This document shows, piece after piece, positions 9,984 to 19,833 of a DNA stretch of 64,000 nt; within the stretch, counting starts at the first letter, position 1; each line of letters begins with the position of its first letter. A program made the position numbers and the translations under genes. The stretch is from Acidobacteriota bacterium. GTDB lineage: Bacteria > Acidobacteriota > Terriglobia > 2-12-FULL-54-10. The notes under the pieces are model-generated. The model was given only the letters and a program-made list of their open reading frames with translations. It was not told where the DNA came from and did no database searches. The stretch covers positions 24,646 through 88,645 of the forward strand of contig JACPPJ010000054.1 of assembly GCA_016191085.1 (NCBI GenBank), in the 5' to 3' direction.

Positions 9984-10459
9984 CAGCGCGTCCTCTTCAA
10001 AGGCGCAGCGGTGATTCGTTTAATAAGTGTAATTTCCATTCCGCGCGACTCGGAGCGCCGCATGATCACGTCATCCATGCATGACTTCACGATGAAGAGT
10101 CCCCGCCCGGACTCGTTCAGCAACTGGTCGGGCAACAGCGGATCGGGGAGCGAATCGGGATCAAATCCATCGCCCTCGTCTCTAATGCAGACGATCAAAC
10201 CCGTATCGTTCAACTCCGCCGTCAACTGCACCTTCTTGGTCAGGTCCAGGCGATTGCCATGCACGATCGCGTTTGCAACCGATTCGCGAACAGCTAGGCC
10301 GACCTGCTCGCATATCAACTCGCCGGCAACCCTGGCGCAAAACTCCATCACCATGGATTCGGCGACATCGGCACTTTGAACCCGGCTGTCGAGCGACGTG
10401 CTGATGCGCCGGATACGTCCTTTCCCCTCATTCCACTGATGCTCAAAGCGGACGGCCAT
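9980..10459 (-). CDS. Anti-sigma factor / Ser kinase (RsbW-like HATPase_c)
   Basis: LAVRESVANAIVHGN, DEGDGFD and SGRGLFI. Overlaps the STAS gene by 4 nt. Confidence 0.92.
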   Translation of the reverse strand: MAVRFEHQWNEGKGRIRRISTSLDSRVQSADVAESMVMEFCARVAGELICEQVGLAVRESVANAIVHGNRLDLTKKVQLTAELNDTGLIVCIRDEGDGFDPDSLPDPLLPDQLLNESGRGLFIVKSCMDDVIMRRSESRGMEITLIKRITAAPLKRTRW

Positions 10460-10545
10460 AGGTAATTGATTCCCCGGGATTCAGATTGATTAAAGGCGCA
10501 GAACGCGCGAAGAACCAGTTTACAGAACAGAATAACGCTACTCCC

Positions 10546-10619
10546 GCCAATAGCCAATAGCCAATGACGAGTAGCGAATAAACGAGTCGCTCTTGGCCTA
10601 TGGCTAATTGGCTATTGGC
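10546..10619. repeat. Heptamer tandem repeat (GCCAATA)x3 with inverted counterpart; possible terminator hairpin
   Basis: GCCAATAGCCAATAGCCAAT at 10546-10565, with ATTGGCTATTGGC at 10607-10619 as a perfect 13-nt inverted match. It sits just after the DUF3501 gene stop. Confidence 0.65.
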
Positions 10620-10625
10620 CTCTCG

Positions 10626-11198
10626 CTATTTGCTCAAATCAGAGGCTAATTCTTCCAGTTCGGCAGACGTTAACGCACGCGAGCACTTGTAGTGAGGATG
10701 GTCGATGAGCAAAACGGCGCCGTCTCGCCAGCACCGGATTTGTTGGTCAGTCAAAGGAAATTTCGCGTATTGAACCGAGCTGATCCGGTCAGTGGATATC
10801 TGGCGGGTATCGAAGCGCGCAGGAGTGCGCTCGGCGCCGCACACCTGTAACCAAACGTGATTCTCGAGTCCAAGCAGTTCGCGCAGCTTCACGTCGCGCT
10901 CATTCGCCGAAGGGTACGCAATCAGCATGGTAGCGGACAACTCGCCGTCGCTTGGAATCAGTTCGTTGTACGTGTCGAGCTCGTGCTGGACATCTTCTGT
11001 CTTCGCGATGCGCTCGATGCGGAGCATCTCCTGTATCTGATATCGAACGGTGTCACGGTTCTCAAAAAGGAAGATGATGTGCTCTCCCGCTTCGATGCGG
11101 CGGCGATCCTTGAGCGCCATGATCGCGGGCCGCCACTGCTCGCGTTCCAATTCGTAGTCGGCGATGTTCTTAATCTCCGCCAGTTTCAGAGGTTTCAT
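10626..11198 (-). CDS. DUF3501-family protein
   Basis: FENRDTVRYQIQEMLRIE, ELDTYNELIP and ISSVQY. Typical neighbour of aerobic-type rubrerythrin. Start set at ATG 11198. Confidence 0.85.
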   Translation of the reverse strand: MKPLKLAEIKNIADYELEREQWRPAIMALKDRRRIEAGEHIIFLFENRDTVRYQIQEMLRIERIAKTEDVQHELDTYNELIPSDGELSATMLIAYPSANERDVKLRELLGLENHVWLQVCGAERTPARFDTRQISTDRISSVQYAKFPLTDQQIRCWRDGAVLLIDHPHYKCSRALTSAELEELASDLSK

Positions 11199-12513
11199 TG
11201 TGTTGCTCCAAGCGTTGTGGGAAACCGTCACTGCAGTAGGCGCGCGCCAGCACTTCAATGGGATGAATCGGCCGGGCGCCGAGCGCCTGATTGAAATGAA
11301 TCGCCGCAAGGGGGCAGTCGCTGGCCGTGATTTCCGGCTCGCCGGCGGCCATCTCGTCAAAAGCTTTCTTGCCCGTTAGCATCGAAAGTGGGAAGAACTC
11401 TTTTTTCATTGCCCAGGTGCCGTCGTGGGCGCTGCACTGCTCTATGACACGCACAGTAGTCTTGGGGATCAACCGCATCAGGTCGCGGGAACGATAGCCG
11501 ATGTTTTGCGCCCGCAGATGGCACGGCAGATGATAATTTACCCGGCCCGGCGACGACAAGAATTCACGGTTGAACAATCCCTGCTGCTTGCGCTGGAAAA
11601 GGTATTCGCAGAGGTCCATGGTGGCAGCGCTGACCTTCCTTGCAGCCTCGGTCCCGACGATCTCGCCATATTCCTTCCGCAGCATGTAAGAGCAGGTGGG
11701 ATTGATCGCCACAACCTTCTTGCCGGAATCCACCGCTGGCAGCAGCGACTCGACGTTAGCAGACGCCAGCTTCTTTGCGAGTTCAAAATCTCCCGATTCG
11801 AGCGCGGGCATTCCGCAGCAGTTCTGCTTAGGGCATTGCAGCGCGATGCCGTTCTTGGAATACACCTCAACAGCGGCTTTGGCAACCCGGGGGCTGTTGT
11901 AGTTCGCGAAACACGTGAAGAACAGAACAGCCTGCGAGGGGTCTCCCGCGGCCGGGGGCTGCTTGCGGAACCAATCTTCAAACGATTCGCTGTGGAATTC
12001 GGGAAGCAGTTTGTCGCGATGAATGCCGAGCGTCTTTTCCAAGCCCAAGCGCAGCAGCGGCTGGCGATTGGCCCAATTCGTCAAACTTGCGGTGAGACCA
12101 CCCACGCGTCCGGCGAGTTCCGGGCGTGCCAGAATCCGCGCCCGCAGAGGAATACCACGCTGCTTGGCGCGGACCAGATTAGCGCGGATGAGCAAACGGG
12201 GAAAATCGAGTTGGAACTCGTGTCCGTCATCCGGCGTGTAGGGACATTTGACGTAGCAAATCCTGCATTGGAAGCAGGTATCCAGGATGCGGTCAGTCTC
12301 GGCTGTGGTTATGTTGCGCACTTCGCCCGAGTGCTGGTCAGCGGCGCGGAACAGTTCAGGGAACGAAGGACACAGACCAAAGCAGAGCCGGCAGCCCTGG
12401 CAGATGTCGAAGGCGCGGTCGAGTTCATGCTGCAGAGCCGCCGGATCCCAGTACTTGGGGTCGTTCGGGTTATAAGTGAGGCCGTCGCTGGGTAAATTCT
12501 TGATGCGATCCAT
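11170..12513 (-). CDS. Rubrerythrin-associated Fe-S oxidoreductase (GlpC/HdrD-like, CCG domains)
   Basis: CQGCRLCFGLCP, CFQCRICYVKCP, NCCGMP, CHLRAQ and CSAHDGTW. Confidence 0.9.
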   Translation of the reverse strand: MDRIKNLPSDGLTYNPNDPKYWDPAALQHELDRAFDICQGCRLCFGLCPSFPELFRAADQHSGEVRNITTAETDRILDTCFQCRICYVKCPYTPDDGHEFQLDFPRLLIRANLVRAKQRGIPLRARILARPELAGRVGGLTASLTNWANRQPLLRLGLEKTLGIHRDKLLPEFHSESFEDWFRKQPPAAGDPSQAVLFFTCFANYNSPRVAKAAVEVYSKNGIALQCPKQNCCGMPALESGDFELAKKLASANVESLLPAVDSGKKVVAINPTCSYMLRKEYGEIVGTEAARKVSAATMDLCEYLFQRKQQGLFNREFLSSPGRVNYHLPCHLRAQNIGYRSRDLMRLIPKTTVRVIEQCSAHDGTWAMKKEFFPLSMLTGKKAFDEMAAGEPEITASDCPLAAIHFNQALGARPIHPIEVLARAYCSDGFPQRLEQHNETSETGGD

Positions 12514-12562
12514 TTACAACCTTGCAATCCCCGCCGAAAGAACGCCGCGTGGCCGTCCGGTG

Positions 12563-12982
12563 TTACGAAATGCTGGAGAGGCCCTGAGAGAATTTGCCGG
12601 CGTGAGATTTCTCGGCCTTCGCCAGGGTCTCGAACCAGTCCGCGATTTCCGCAAAGCCTTCCTCTCTCGCTACTTTGGCCATGCCGGGATACATATCCGT
12701 ATACTCGTGCGTCTCACCCGCGACCGCGGACTTCAGATTCTCCGGCGTGTCTCCAATTGGCAGCCCGGTGGCCGGGTCGCCTACCGCTCGCAGATAATCG
12801 AGATGGCCGTGGGCGTGCCCGGTCTCGCCTTCAGCCGTATCGCGGAACAGGCCTGCTATCTCAGGATATCCCTCGATGTCGGCGCGCTTGGCGAAGTACA
12901 GATAACGGCGGTTCGCCTGCGATTCTCCAGCGAAGGCGTCTTTCAAATTCTGATGGGTCTTACTCCCGTTGAGCTGTGGCAT
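12563..12982 (-). CDS. rbr: Rubrerythrin (short, rubredoxin-less aerobic type)
   Basis: [34 protein letters not shown] and AEKSHA diiron ligands. No C-terminal CxxC. Confidence 0.93.
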   Translation of the reverse strand: MPQLNGSKTHQNLKDAFAGESQANRRYLYFAKRADIEGYPEIAGLFRDTAEGETGHAHGHLDYLRAVGDPATGLPIGDTPENLKSAVAGETHEYTDMYPGMAKVAREEGFAEIADWFETLAKAEKSHAGKFSQGLSSIS

Positions 12983-13012
12983 GTGACTCCTCCTGTCAAA
13001 CTGATGATGATT

Positions 13013-13471
13013 TCATCTGGCCGGAATTGCCGGCTGATGCAATTTTTGCTTGCCCAATTGAGACGAATTGCGGGACCTGCCCTGGCAGCGAGGACAGATT
13101 CCAAAGAATTCCATGCGGTGTTCCTGGAGCTGATACCGGACCATCCCTTCGACTTTCCGGTCCAACACGCTCTGATACGGCAGAACCAAGTCTTCCAGCG
13201 ATCCGCAGCGGACACAGCAAACGTGATAGTGCCGATTCTTGCGTGTCTCGAATCGCGATGGCTTATTCCCGATCTTGCTTTCGATCAGATTGCCTTGCTT
13301 CACAAGCAACCGCAGATTGCGGTACACCGTTGCAAGACTGATCGACGGCATTCGCTTCCGCGCTTCCTCAAATATGGTCTGTGCGGTGGGATGCCCCTCA
13401 CTTTCCTTCAAGATGTCCAGTACCAGTTGCCGCTGAAGACTCGCTTTCAACGTTACGGACTTCTCAGCCAT
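13013..13471 (-). CDS. Fur-family regulator (PerR-like)
   Basis: HPTA, ISLATVYRNL, HYHVCCVRCG and GICPRC. Heads the rubrerythrin operon. Confidence 0.92.
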   Translation of the reverse strand: MAEKSVTLKASLQRQLVLDILKESEGHPTAQTIFEEARKRMPSISLATVYRNLRLLVKQGNLIESKIGNKPSRFETRKNRHYHVCCVRCGSLEDLVLPYQSVLDRKVEGMVRYQLQEHRMEFFGICPRCQGRSRNSSQLGKQKLHQPAIPAR

Positions 13472-13487
13472 CGGTCCGCCTCGCCGA

Positions 13488-13512
13488 AATAATAGTAACG
13501 ATTCCTATTATT
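13488..13512. promoter_or_regulatory. Putative Fur/PerR operator (AT-rich inverted repeat)
   Basis: AATAATAG-N9-CTATTATT with perfect 8-bp arms, 16 nt upstream of the Fur-family start codon in GC-rich DNA. Confidence 0.65.
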
Positions 13513-13531
13513 ACTAGTGGACCTGCTGTTG

Positions 13532-14320
13532 TCAAGCCAAATCGCCGTGCATGGAAACCGGCGCGTTCTCTTCGGGGGATTGCCGCATATTCATGGCCGC
13601 GTCTATCGGTGCAGAGACAATCGAATGGACCTTGTCGCGCAGGGTCTCCGCGGCCTCTTTGTCGAGAGCCATTCCACCCACGTCGATGGTGTCGTGCAGA
13701 TAGACGACTATTTTCGACGGGTACAACACTCGGCCGCCTTTGCGATGGAATTCGAAAGCGCCGACGATGCTCATCGGAACGATCGGATACTGCAACTGGC
13801 GTAGCATACGGAAGATTCCATCCTGAAACGGCCTCACGCGTCCGTCAATGGTTCGCCCCCCTTCGGCGAACACTACCAGGCTTACGCCGTCGTCCAGCGC
13901 CGCTTTAGTGCGGCGGAGCAGGTTCTTCAAATCGGCTGCGGTCCGGCGGCTCGATACTGGAACATTTCCAAACCGCTTCATCATCCAGCCGTAGACGGGT
14001 ACGCGGAAGTGATCCTCCAGCTCCCATCCCCGTACGAACTGGGGAACGCTGGAGTAGACCACAAACGGGTCGAAGATGTTTACATGATTGCTGATAAAGA
14101 TACTGGTACGTTTGCGGTCGAATCCCGGCGCGTACCGCACCTCCAGCCGCGCTCCGGCCAGCCGCAGTATGTTGCGTGCAAAGGTGCGCTGCAACACGTC
14201 GGTCTTCCGCGGATCAATGAATATAGCCAGCAACACTAGCAGAGCGCCGCCGATAAAGAAATGCACTGAGCTGATGACCCAGAGAACGAGACTCCGTATA
14301 TGTAAATAGATTTTCTTCAC
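13532..14320 (-). CDS. Lysophospholipid acyltransferase (PlsC family)
   Basis: NHVNIFD (HX4D), VFAEGGRT, FQDG and PIVPM, with an N-terminal TM segment. Confidence 0.9.
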   Translation of the reverse strand: MKKIYLHIRSLVLWVISSVHFFIGGALLVLLAIFIDPRKTDVLQRTFARNILRLAGARLEVRYAPGFDRKRTSIFISNHVNIFDPFVVYSSVPQFVRGWELEDHFRVPVYGWMMKRFGNVPVSSRRTAADLKNLLRRTKAALDDGVSLVVFAEGGRTIDGRVRPFQDGIFRMLRQLQYPIVPMSIVGAFEFHRKGGRVLYPSKIVVYLHDTIDVGGMALDKEAAETLRDKVHSIVSAPIDAAMNMRQSPEENAPVSMHGDLA

Positions 14321-15219
14321 GCGATCACATCCAGGGCGCCCGGCAGTATATCGAGGCGCTCACATTTTAAAGCCAGCACCTCGCCGTCCACCATTACGTC
14401 CACAGCGCCTTCAAGCTCAAACTCGACGCAGCGCACAGCACGCCGCGACGCAAGCGGGTGATTCACATGCGTGCCGTCGTACAGCGTATGCAAATTCCGC
14501 AGCAAGCCAATCCGCCCAATAGTTCCCCAGCGAACTAACTCGATCAGGCCATCGCCGGTCTCGGCTTTTGGCGCGATCATCATTTTGCCGCCAGTGAACT
14601 TGCTATTGTTAAAGGTCAGGAACAAGCATCTGCGCTGGTCCGGCTCGGTGTCGCCGTCGGCGCGCAGCGGAAAGGCACGGCGGCGCAACCGGGCGAGGCA
14701 GATCAGCACCGCGAGCAGATATCCGAACTCGCCGAGAGACTTGCACCTGCGGTTCGTAAGCGAGGCGACGTCAGCGGTGAAACCCATGCTCAGCAGATTG
14801 ATGTAATGGATCACGCCTTGCTTGTGCGTCATGCGCAGAACGTCACAAGCACGCCGGTGGCCAGCCAGGATTGCTTCAATGGAGTAATCCGGCCCGCGGT
14901 CGGTAAAGTCCCGCAGAAAGGAGTTGCCCGTTCCCAAAGGCAGAAACCCCAGTGCGGGCCTGCCGTTCGTCTGGGCTTGAGGAAACAAGCCATTCACAAT
15001 CTCGTACGAAGTGCCGTCGCCGCCGACCGCCAGAAACTGGCGGCAACCCTGTTGGTAAGCGTGCCGCGCCAGTTCCGTTCCATGGCCTGCGTGCCGCGTC
15101 TCAACCGCATCCACTTTGATGCCGTGCGAACGCAGATTCTCAAGGACGGCACTGGCAAGCTTGCCACACTTGCCGCCACCGGCGGCCGGGTTGATTACTG
15201 CGAGATAACGATCGTTCAC
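14317..15219 (-). CDS. Diacylglycerol/lipid kinase family (YegS/DgkB/sphingosine kinase-like)
   Basis: [26 protein letters not shown] and VDGE. GTG start at 15219 overlaps the upstream stop (GTGA). Confidence 0.9.
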   Translation of the reverse strand: MNDRYLAVINPAAGGGKCGKLASAVLENLRSHGIKVDAVETRHAGHGTELARHAYQQGCRQFLAVGGDGTSYEIVNGLFPQAQTNGRPALGFLPLGTGNSFLRDFTDRGPDYSIEAILAGHRRACDVLRMTHKQGVIHYINLLSMGFTADVASLTNRRCKSLGEFGYLLAVLICLARLRRRAFPLRADGDTEPDQRRCLFLTFNNSKFTGGKMMIAPKAETGDGLIELVRWGTIGRIGLLRNLHTLYDGTHVNHPLASRRAVRCVEFELEGAVDVMVDGEVLALKCERLDILPGALDVIA

Positions 15220-16937
15220 AGCTCCATTACCGCTGTCGCACGTTCCAGTTTTTTCCCAATCTCCTCGGCCAGGATCACCCGTTTGACCTTCATGGACGCG
15301 GTGCGAGGGAAATCGTGATCCCAAATGACATAACTGCTGACGCGCTTGAAATCCGGCAAACGCCTGTTCCGCGCTGCCAGATCGTTCCGCAAAGCTGCAT
15401 CGAAGTTCTGTCCAGGATTCAGACGCAAGACAATGACCAGTTGCTCGGCGACGATCGTGCGGGAGCTTCGCTGCGGCCACAGATAGTTGGCGGCAAATAC
15501 GCAAAACTCCTTCACCGGCAGCCCCTCGAACGCCGACTCGATGTCTTCGGGATAGATGTTCTTGCCGCCTTCGGTGACGATCATGTTCTTCTTGCGGCCA
15601 AAGAGATGCAGATGCCCGGTCGAATCTATGCGGCCCAGATCGCCGGTCATCAGCCAGCCGTCCACGATCGTCTCGGCGGTGAGTTCCGGATCGCCCAGGT
15701 AGTGCGACATGACCGTAGGACCGCGCACTGCGACTTCGCCGATGCCCTCGGGGTCGGGATTCCGGATCTCAACTTCGGTTCCGGGCAACGGCTTCCCGAC
15801 TGTATCGGGCCGAAACGGGTGCAAGTCGTTCAGTGTAACGGCGGTGCCGGCCTCGGTGAGTCCGTAGCCGTTTGCCACAGGGATGCCGAGGTCATAGAAG
15901 AACTGCAAGGTGGCGGGTTCAGTGAATGCGCCTCCGACAAAAAAGCCCCTCAGTTCTCCGCCAAACGGCGCGTGCACTTTGTTAAGGAGCAATCGGCTCA
16001 ACCGCACGTTCGGCCGTTTGCGCGTCAGCAGCCGGTTCACAGCGATGAGTAGATCAAGCATGTTTTTCCGTCGCGGAGGCAATTCCGCGAATCGCGCGCG
16101 AAGCCCGGTCTCCAGATTCTTCAACACCAGCGGGACGAGGCTCATGTACGTAATCCGGTATTTGACGAATGCCTCGCGAATAAACTCCGGGCGCAGCGTA
16201 CGAAGGTGTACTACGGTCGCGCCGCAGAGAAACGGCCCTATGAACCCCACCATGAAATCAATGGCGTGATTGGTGGGAAGGATACTCAAATAGCGCACTC
16301 CGGGCCAAAAGGGAAATAGCGCCATCAGAGCTTTACACTGCTCCAGGTAATTTCGATGTGTCAGTACGCAGCCCTTGGGGCGCCCGCCGGTTCCGGAGGA
16401 GTACACAATGCAGGCGGCGTCCTCCCTCTGCCGCGCTACGAACGCAGGCTCGCCCGCCGCTTTGGCCTCTTCCCATCGACACGCCCCCGCCAGGTCCGCT
16501 TCTGCCGGCGCTTCGGTGACCAGCACGGTCGATACGGTCATATCTTTGAATGCCGGCATCTTGGTGATGGCACGCCAGAGGTGGTACTCCACAATCAGAA
16601 GGCGTGCGCGGCAGTGGGCGAGTAGCTGGAGGTGCTCGGTGGCGGTGAGCTTAAAATCCAGCGGAACCAGCACTCCGCCTGAATAGAAAACAGCGTATGC
16701 GGAGACCAGCCATTTCGACTGATTGCTCATAATGATGGCGGCGCGATCGCCAGCCGAGAAACTCTCCTGCTGAATGGCGCACGCGAGCGCCAGCGCGGCG
16801 GTGCTGAATTGCTGGTACGTCATCTGGCAATTCTCGCGGTCGCGATCTGCTTCGATCAGGCAGATTTCATCGGGCCAGCGTGCCAGCGCATCACGAAGCG
16901 CCGCGCCGAGTGATGGATCTTGGTTCAAGTCGAGCAT
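15216..16937 (-). CDS. AMP-binding long-chain acyl-CoA/acyl-ACP ligase
   Basis: [29 protein letters not shown] and KVKR. Confidence 0.92.
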   Translation of the reverse strand: MLDLNQDPSLGAALRDALARWPDEICLIEADRDRENCQMTYQQFSTAALALACAIQQESFSAGDRAAIIMSNQSKWLVSAYAVFYSGGVLVPLDFKLTATEHLQLLAHCRARLLIVEYHLWRAITKMPAFKDMTVSTVLVTEAPAEADLAGACRWEEAKAAGEPAFVARQREDAACIVYSSGTGGRPKGCVLTHRNYLEQCKALMALFPFWPGVRYLSILPTNHAIDFMVGFIGPFLCGATVVHLRTLRPEFIREAFVKYRITYMSLVPLVLKNLETGLRARFAELPPRRKNMLDLLIAVNRLLTRKRPNVRLSRLLLNKVHAPFGGELRGFFVGGAFTEPATLQFFYDLGIPVANGYGLTEAGTAVTLNDLHPFRPDTVGKPLPGTEVEIRNPDPEGIGEVAVRGPTVMSHYLGDPELTAETIVDGWLMTGDLGRIDSTGHLHLFGRKKNMIVTEGGKNIYPEDIESAFEGLPVKEFCVFAANYLWPQRSSRTIVAEQLVIVLRLNPGQNFDAALRNDLAARNRRLPDFKRVSSYVIWDHDFPRTASMKVKRVILAEEIGKKLERATAVMEL

Positions 16938-16942
16938 TGACT

Positions 16943-17050
16943 AGCCACAGAGGCACAGAGCACCAGGGCGTCGGGTGCTAGGTGTTCGGTATCCGGTTGT
17001 TATGTCAATACGCCTATACTTCATACCTAACTTCCGACTTCTAGCTTCTG
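16943..17050. repeat. Intergenic repeat patch: AGCCACAGAGGCACAGAG element plus degenerate heptamer runs
   Basis: 16943-16960 is an exact 18-nt reverse complement of 39972-39989. It is followed by GGTGCTA/GGTGTTC/GGTATCC and CTTC-based 7-mers. Confidence 0.6.
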
Positions 17051-17052
17051 CT

Positions 17053-17295
17053 TCAAAGCCGTGCCTGGATGCGCTCGGCGAGACCGCGGAAGCTGGTGAC
17101 ACCCTGGAATTCGTAATCCGGCAACTCCACTGTGAAGTGGTTCTCAAGTCGCGTCAGCAGCTCTAGCGCCTGCAGGCTGTTGATGTTCAGCTTCTGGAAG
17201 AAGTCATCATCGGCGGCTAGTTGCTCACGGGGCACGTTGAACGAGTTCGCGGCGAGTTTGAGGATTTCATCTATGGTTTGGTCTAATGTAGGCAT
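17053..17295 (-). CDS. Acyl carrier protein
   Basis: 80 aa, acidic. DDDFFQKLNINSLQALELL..LENHF, with the Ppant Ser in NSL. Confidence 0.88.
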   Translation of the reverse strand: MPTLDQTIDEILKLAANSFNVPREQLAADDDFFQKLNINSLQALELLTRLENHFTVELPDYEFQGVTSFRGLAERIQARL

Positions 17296-17313
17296 GTTCT
17301 CGGGCGACGAACA

Positions 17314-18117
17314 TTATGGAAGATACGGTAGCGCCTCAGTGCTCTCCACGAATTTGCGCAGGCCTGCCTCTACCGCCGGTTGAGTAAACAACTCGCAAAA
17401 TATCTCGATCTCCTGCCGCAGTTCCTGCTCTGGAATTGGTTTCAGAAATTTCTTTGCCGCCGCCCTGGTGTTCGGATCAAATTTCTTGATCTGCTCAGCA
17501 GTGCTCCGCGCTAGGCGTAGAGCTTCGCCTTCGGCAGCGACTTGGCTGACGAGCCCAACAGCTTGAGCTTTAGTAGCATTCAGACTGCGGCCAGTGAAGA
17601 GCAGGTCTCTGACGACAGCGTTGCCTAGATCACGTTTGAGCCTGGGGATACCCCCGAATCCTGGAATCAACCCCAAACGCAGTTCAGGGAAACAGAACCG
17701 AGCCATTCGATCGGCCACGATTAAATCACAGACCAGCGCCAGTTCGAGTCCGCCTCCGAAACACACACCATCGACGGCAGCAATGGTGACGAGGGGCGAA
17801 GCGTCGATGGTGTTGAACACTGCATGAATGCGTGTGATGAAGTCCCGGACTCCCGCAATCTTCTCCTGGCGTGGCAAGCCCTGCGTAAGCCGATACGTCT
17901 CGCGCAAGTCAGCGCCGGCGCAGAATCCGGAAGCCAGCGTGCTGTAGATGACTGCGACACTTGCATCGGACTGCGCTTCCTTCAGTGCCTCCGCAAAAAC
18001 TTCGAGTTCCTGGAGCGTTTCCAAGCCAATCTCGTTACACGGCTCGCGGTGCAGCGCCAGCTCCAGCACGCCGCTTTCAATTTTCCAGGAAAGGGTTTTG
18101 CCTTGGAAGTTTCTCAT
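17314..18117 (-). CDS. Enoyl-CoA hydratase/isomerase (crotonase family)
   Basis: FCAGADL, GGGLELALVCD and FPELRLGLIPGFGG; both catalytic Glu positions are present. Confidence 0.92.
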   Translation of the reverse strand: MRNFQGKTLSWKIESGVLELALHREPCNEIGLETLQELEVFAEALKEAQSDASVAVIYSTLASGFCAGADLRETYRLTQGLPRQEKIAGVRDFITRIHAVFNTIDASPLVTIAAVDGVCFGGGLELALVCDLIVADRMARFCFPELRLGLIPGFGGIPRLKRDLGNAVVRDLLFTGRSLNATKAQAVGLVSQVAAEGEALRLARSTAEQIKKFDPNTRAAAKKFLKPIPEQELRQEIEIFCELFTQPAVEAGLRKFVESTEALPYLP

Positions 18118-18124
18118 GGTCTAC

Positions 18125-19816
18125 TTAGGCTGGCTTTACCGCACTCGCTCTCCCGCCAACGCCCGGATCGCGGCTCTCAGCGGATTGGTACATCTGCTCG
18201 ATTTCGCTCGCCAGCCATTCTGTAATCACATCGCGCTTCAGCTTGCCATTGGCCGTAAGCATTCCATCGCCTACTGTGAAGGGCTCTTTGTGAAGGTGGA
18301 AGGCGCGAATGCGGCGGTAGTGCGGCAACTGCGAATTGATCTCTTCGATTACGGCGTGCACATCACAATTAATGTCACCAGTCAGCACCACGCTAAGGAA
18401 TGGGCGCGCGTTTCCGACGACGAATGCGTGCTGCGCACCAGGGATTTTTCTCGCCAGCAGCTCCTCGATCGGTTCAGGTGCGACGTTGTGCCCGGAGGCA
18501 AGCACGATCAGGTTCTTGATGCGTCCCGTAATGCGCCACTTCCCCGTCCTATTTACCTCGCCCTGATCACCGGTATGAAACCAGCTGTCGCGCAACGCGT
18601 CCTGTGTTGCTTGCGGGCGATTCCAATACCCGGCAAATATGTTTGGACCGCGCACCAGTATTTCATCGTTTGCCCCGAGCTTCATCTCAATCCCGTCAAT
18701 CGCCGGCCCGACCCGACCCGGCTCGGCGTCATGGGGATCGTCCATGGTGCAGATGGCTGTCGTCTCAGTAAGCCCATACACCTGAAGAACGGGAATGCCC
18801 AACATGAAGAAGAAAAGCTGCGTCTCAACTGAGAGCGGCGCCGAGCCGCAGATGAGCGCCTTGAGGTTTGGTGCAATCTTTCTGCGAATGGCCGCAAAGA
18901 ACAGAGCCGAGGCGAGCCCCAACCAAATGGAATCAGTCAGGCCGCTATGTCCGTCACGCTGCCGCAGCCATGCCTCTCGTCCGCGTTGAAAGATTGTCTG
19001 GCGGATGCCGCCCCATTTGTTGAACTGATTTTCAACAGAGGCGCGCACCCGTTCAAGCAGCGCAGGAACATTCATGAAGTAGTCGGGCGCGGCAAGCTTC
19101 ATTTCATCCCCAAGCTTCGTCAGATCCGTGGAGATGGTGACGATACTGTCACGCGACAGGAACGTCAACAGCCCTATAGTCGAAGCTGCAAAACAAAATG
19201 GCAGATAATGAAATACCCGCTCCGTTGCTCCATGTTCCGTCAAAAGGTCAAGTCGTGCCGCGGTTGCTCCCAAGATGAAATTGAAATTGCCCGCGGTGAG
19301 CATCACGCCTTTGGGTTCGCCCGAAGTTCCGGACGTATAGATGATTGCTATTGTCTGCTCATCGCTCAGCGGAAGGGGCGGCGGGAATTCAGTCTCGCCG
19401 TTCGCTATGTCGCGGAAAATCTCATCAAACAAGAAGCTCGCTGAAGCCTCGGGCCAGCTACTGTTGAGAGTCTCCCGCAGCGTCTGGTCACCGCAACAGA
19501 TCAATGATGCGGAAGAGTCCTTCAACATGCGAACGAGTTCCTGCATCGCCTGACGCGAATAGAGCGGCACTACGATCCCGCCCTCCGCCATGATTGCCAG
19601 TTCCATTGCGGCCCATCGGATGCTGTTGGCAGCGAGAATCGCGCAGCGCTCGCCTTTCTGAACTCCGCGCTCGCGCAAGAACCCGCGCGCAGCCGTGACG
19701 AGTGCCAGAAACTCGCCGCCGGTAACGGCCGTCAATTGTCCGTCTCTCGCCTCCCGGAGAACGGGCGATCGAGAGGCGGCGCGCAAGCGGGTAAAAATTG
19801 TCTCTAAGAAATTCAT
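18125..19816 (-). CDS. AMP-dependent long-chain fatty acid-CoA ligase (FadD15-like)
   Basis: YTSGTSGEPKG, YGLTE, HTGD, GRIKNLIV and LTANGKLKR. Confidence 0.92.
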   Translation of the reverse strand: MNFLETIFTRLRAASRSPVLREARDGQLTAVTGGEFLALVTAARGFLRERGVQKGERCAILAANSIRWAAMELAIMAEGGIVVPLYSRQAMQELVRMLKDSSASLICCGDQTLRETLNSSWPEASASFLFDEIFRDIANGETEFPPPLPLSDEQTIAIIYTSGTSGEPKGVMLTAGNFNFILGATAARLDLLTEHGATERVFHYLPFCFAASTIGLLTFLSRDSIVTISTDLTKLGDEMKLAAPDYFMNVPALLERVRASVENQFNKWGGIRQTIFQRGREAWLRQRDGHSGLTDSIWLGLASALFFAAIRRKIAPNLKALICGSAPLSVETQLFFFMLGIPVLQVYGLTETTAICTMDDPHDAEPGRVGPAIDGIEMKLGANDEILVRGPNIFAGYWNRPQATQDALRDSWFHTGDQGEVNRTGKWRITGRIKNLIVLASGHNVAPEPIEELLARKIPGAQHAFVVGNARPFLSVVLTGDINCDVHAVIEEINSQLPHYRRIRAFHLHKEPFTVGDGMLTANGKLKRDVITEWLASEIEQMYQSAESRDPGVGGRASAVKPA

Positions 19817-19833
19817 ATCGTCAGGGGCGCCGT

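Noticed and set aside
10626-13471. Fur-rubrerythrin-FeS oxidoreductase-DUF3501 operon as a novel system
   Set aside because: This arrangement is an already described aerobic-type rubrerythrin cluster.
11425-13492. Long plus-strand ORFs of 356 aa and 338 aa
   Set aside because: Antisense shadows of the well-supported Fe-S oxidoreductase, rubrerythrin and Fur genes, with no motifs. Such shadows are common in GC-rich DNA.
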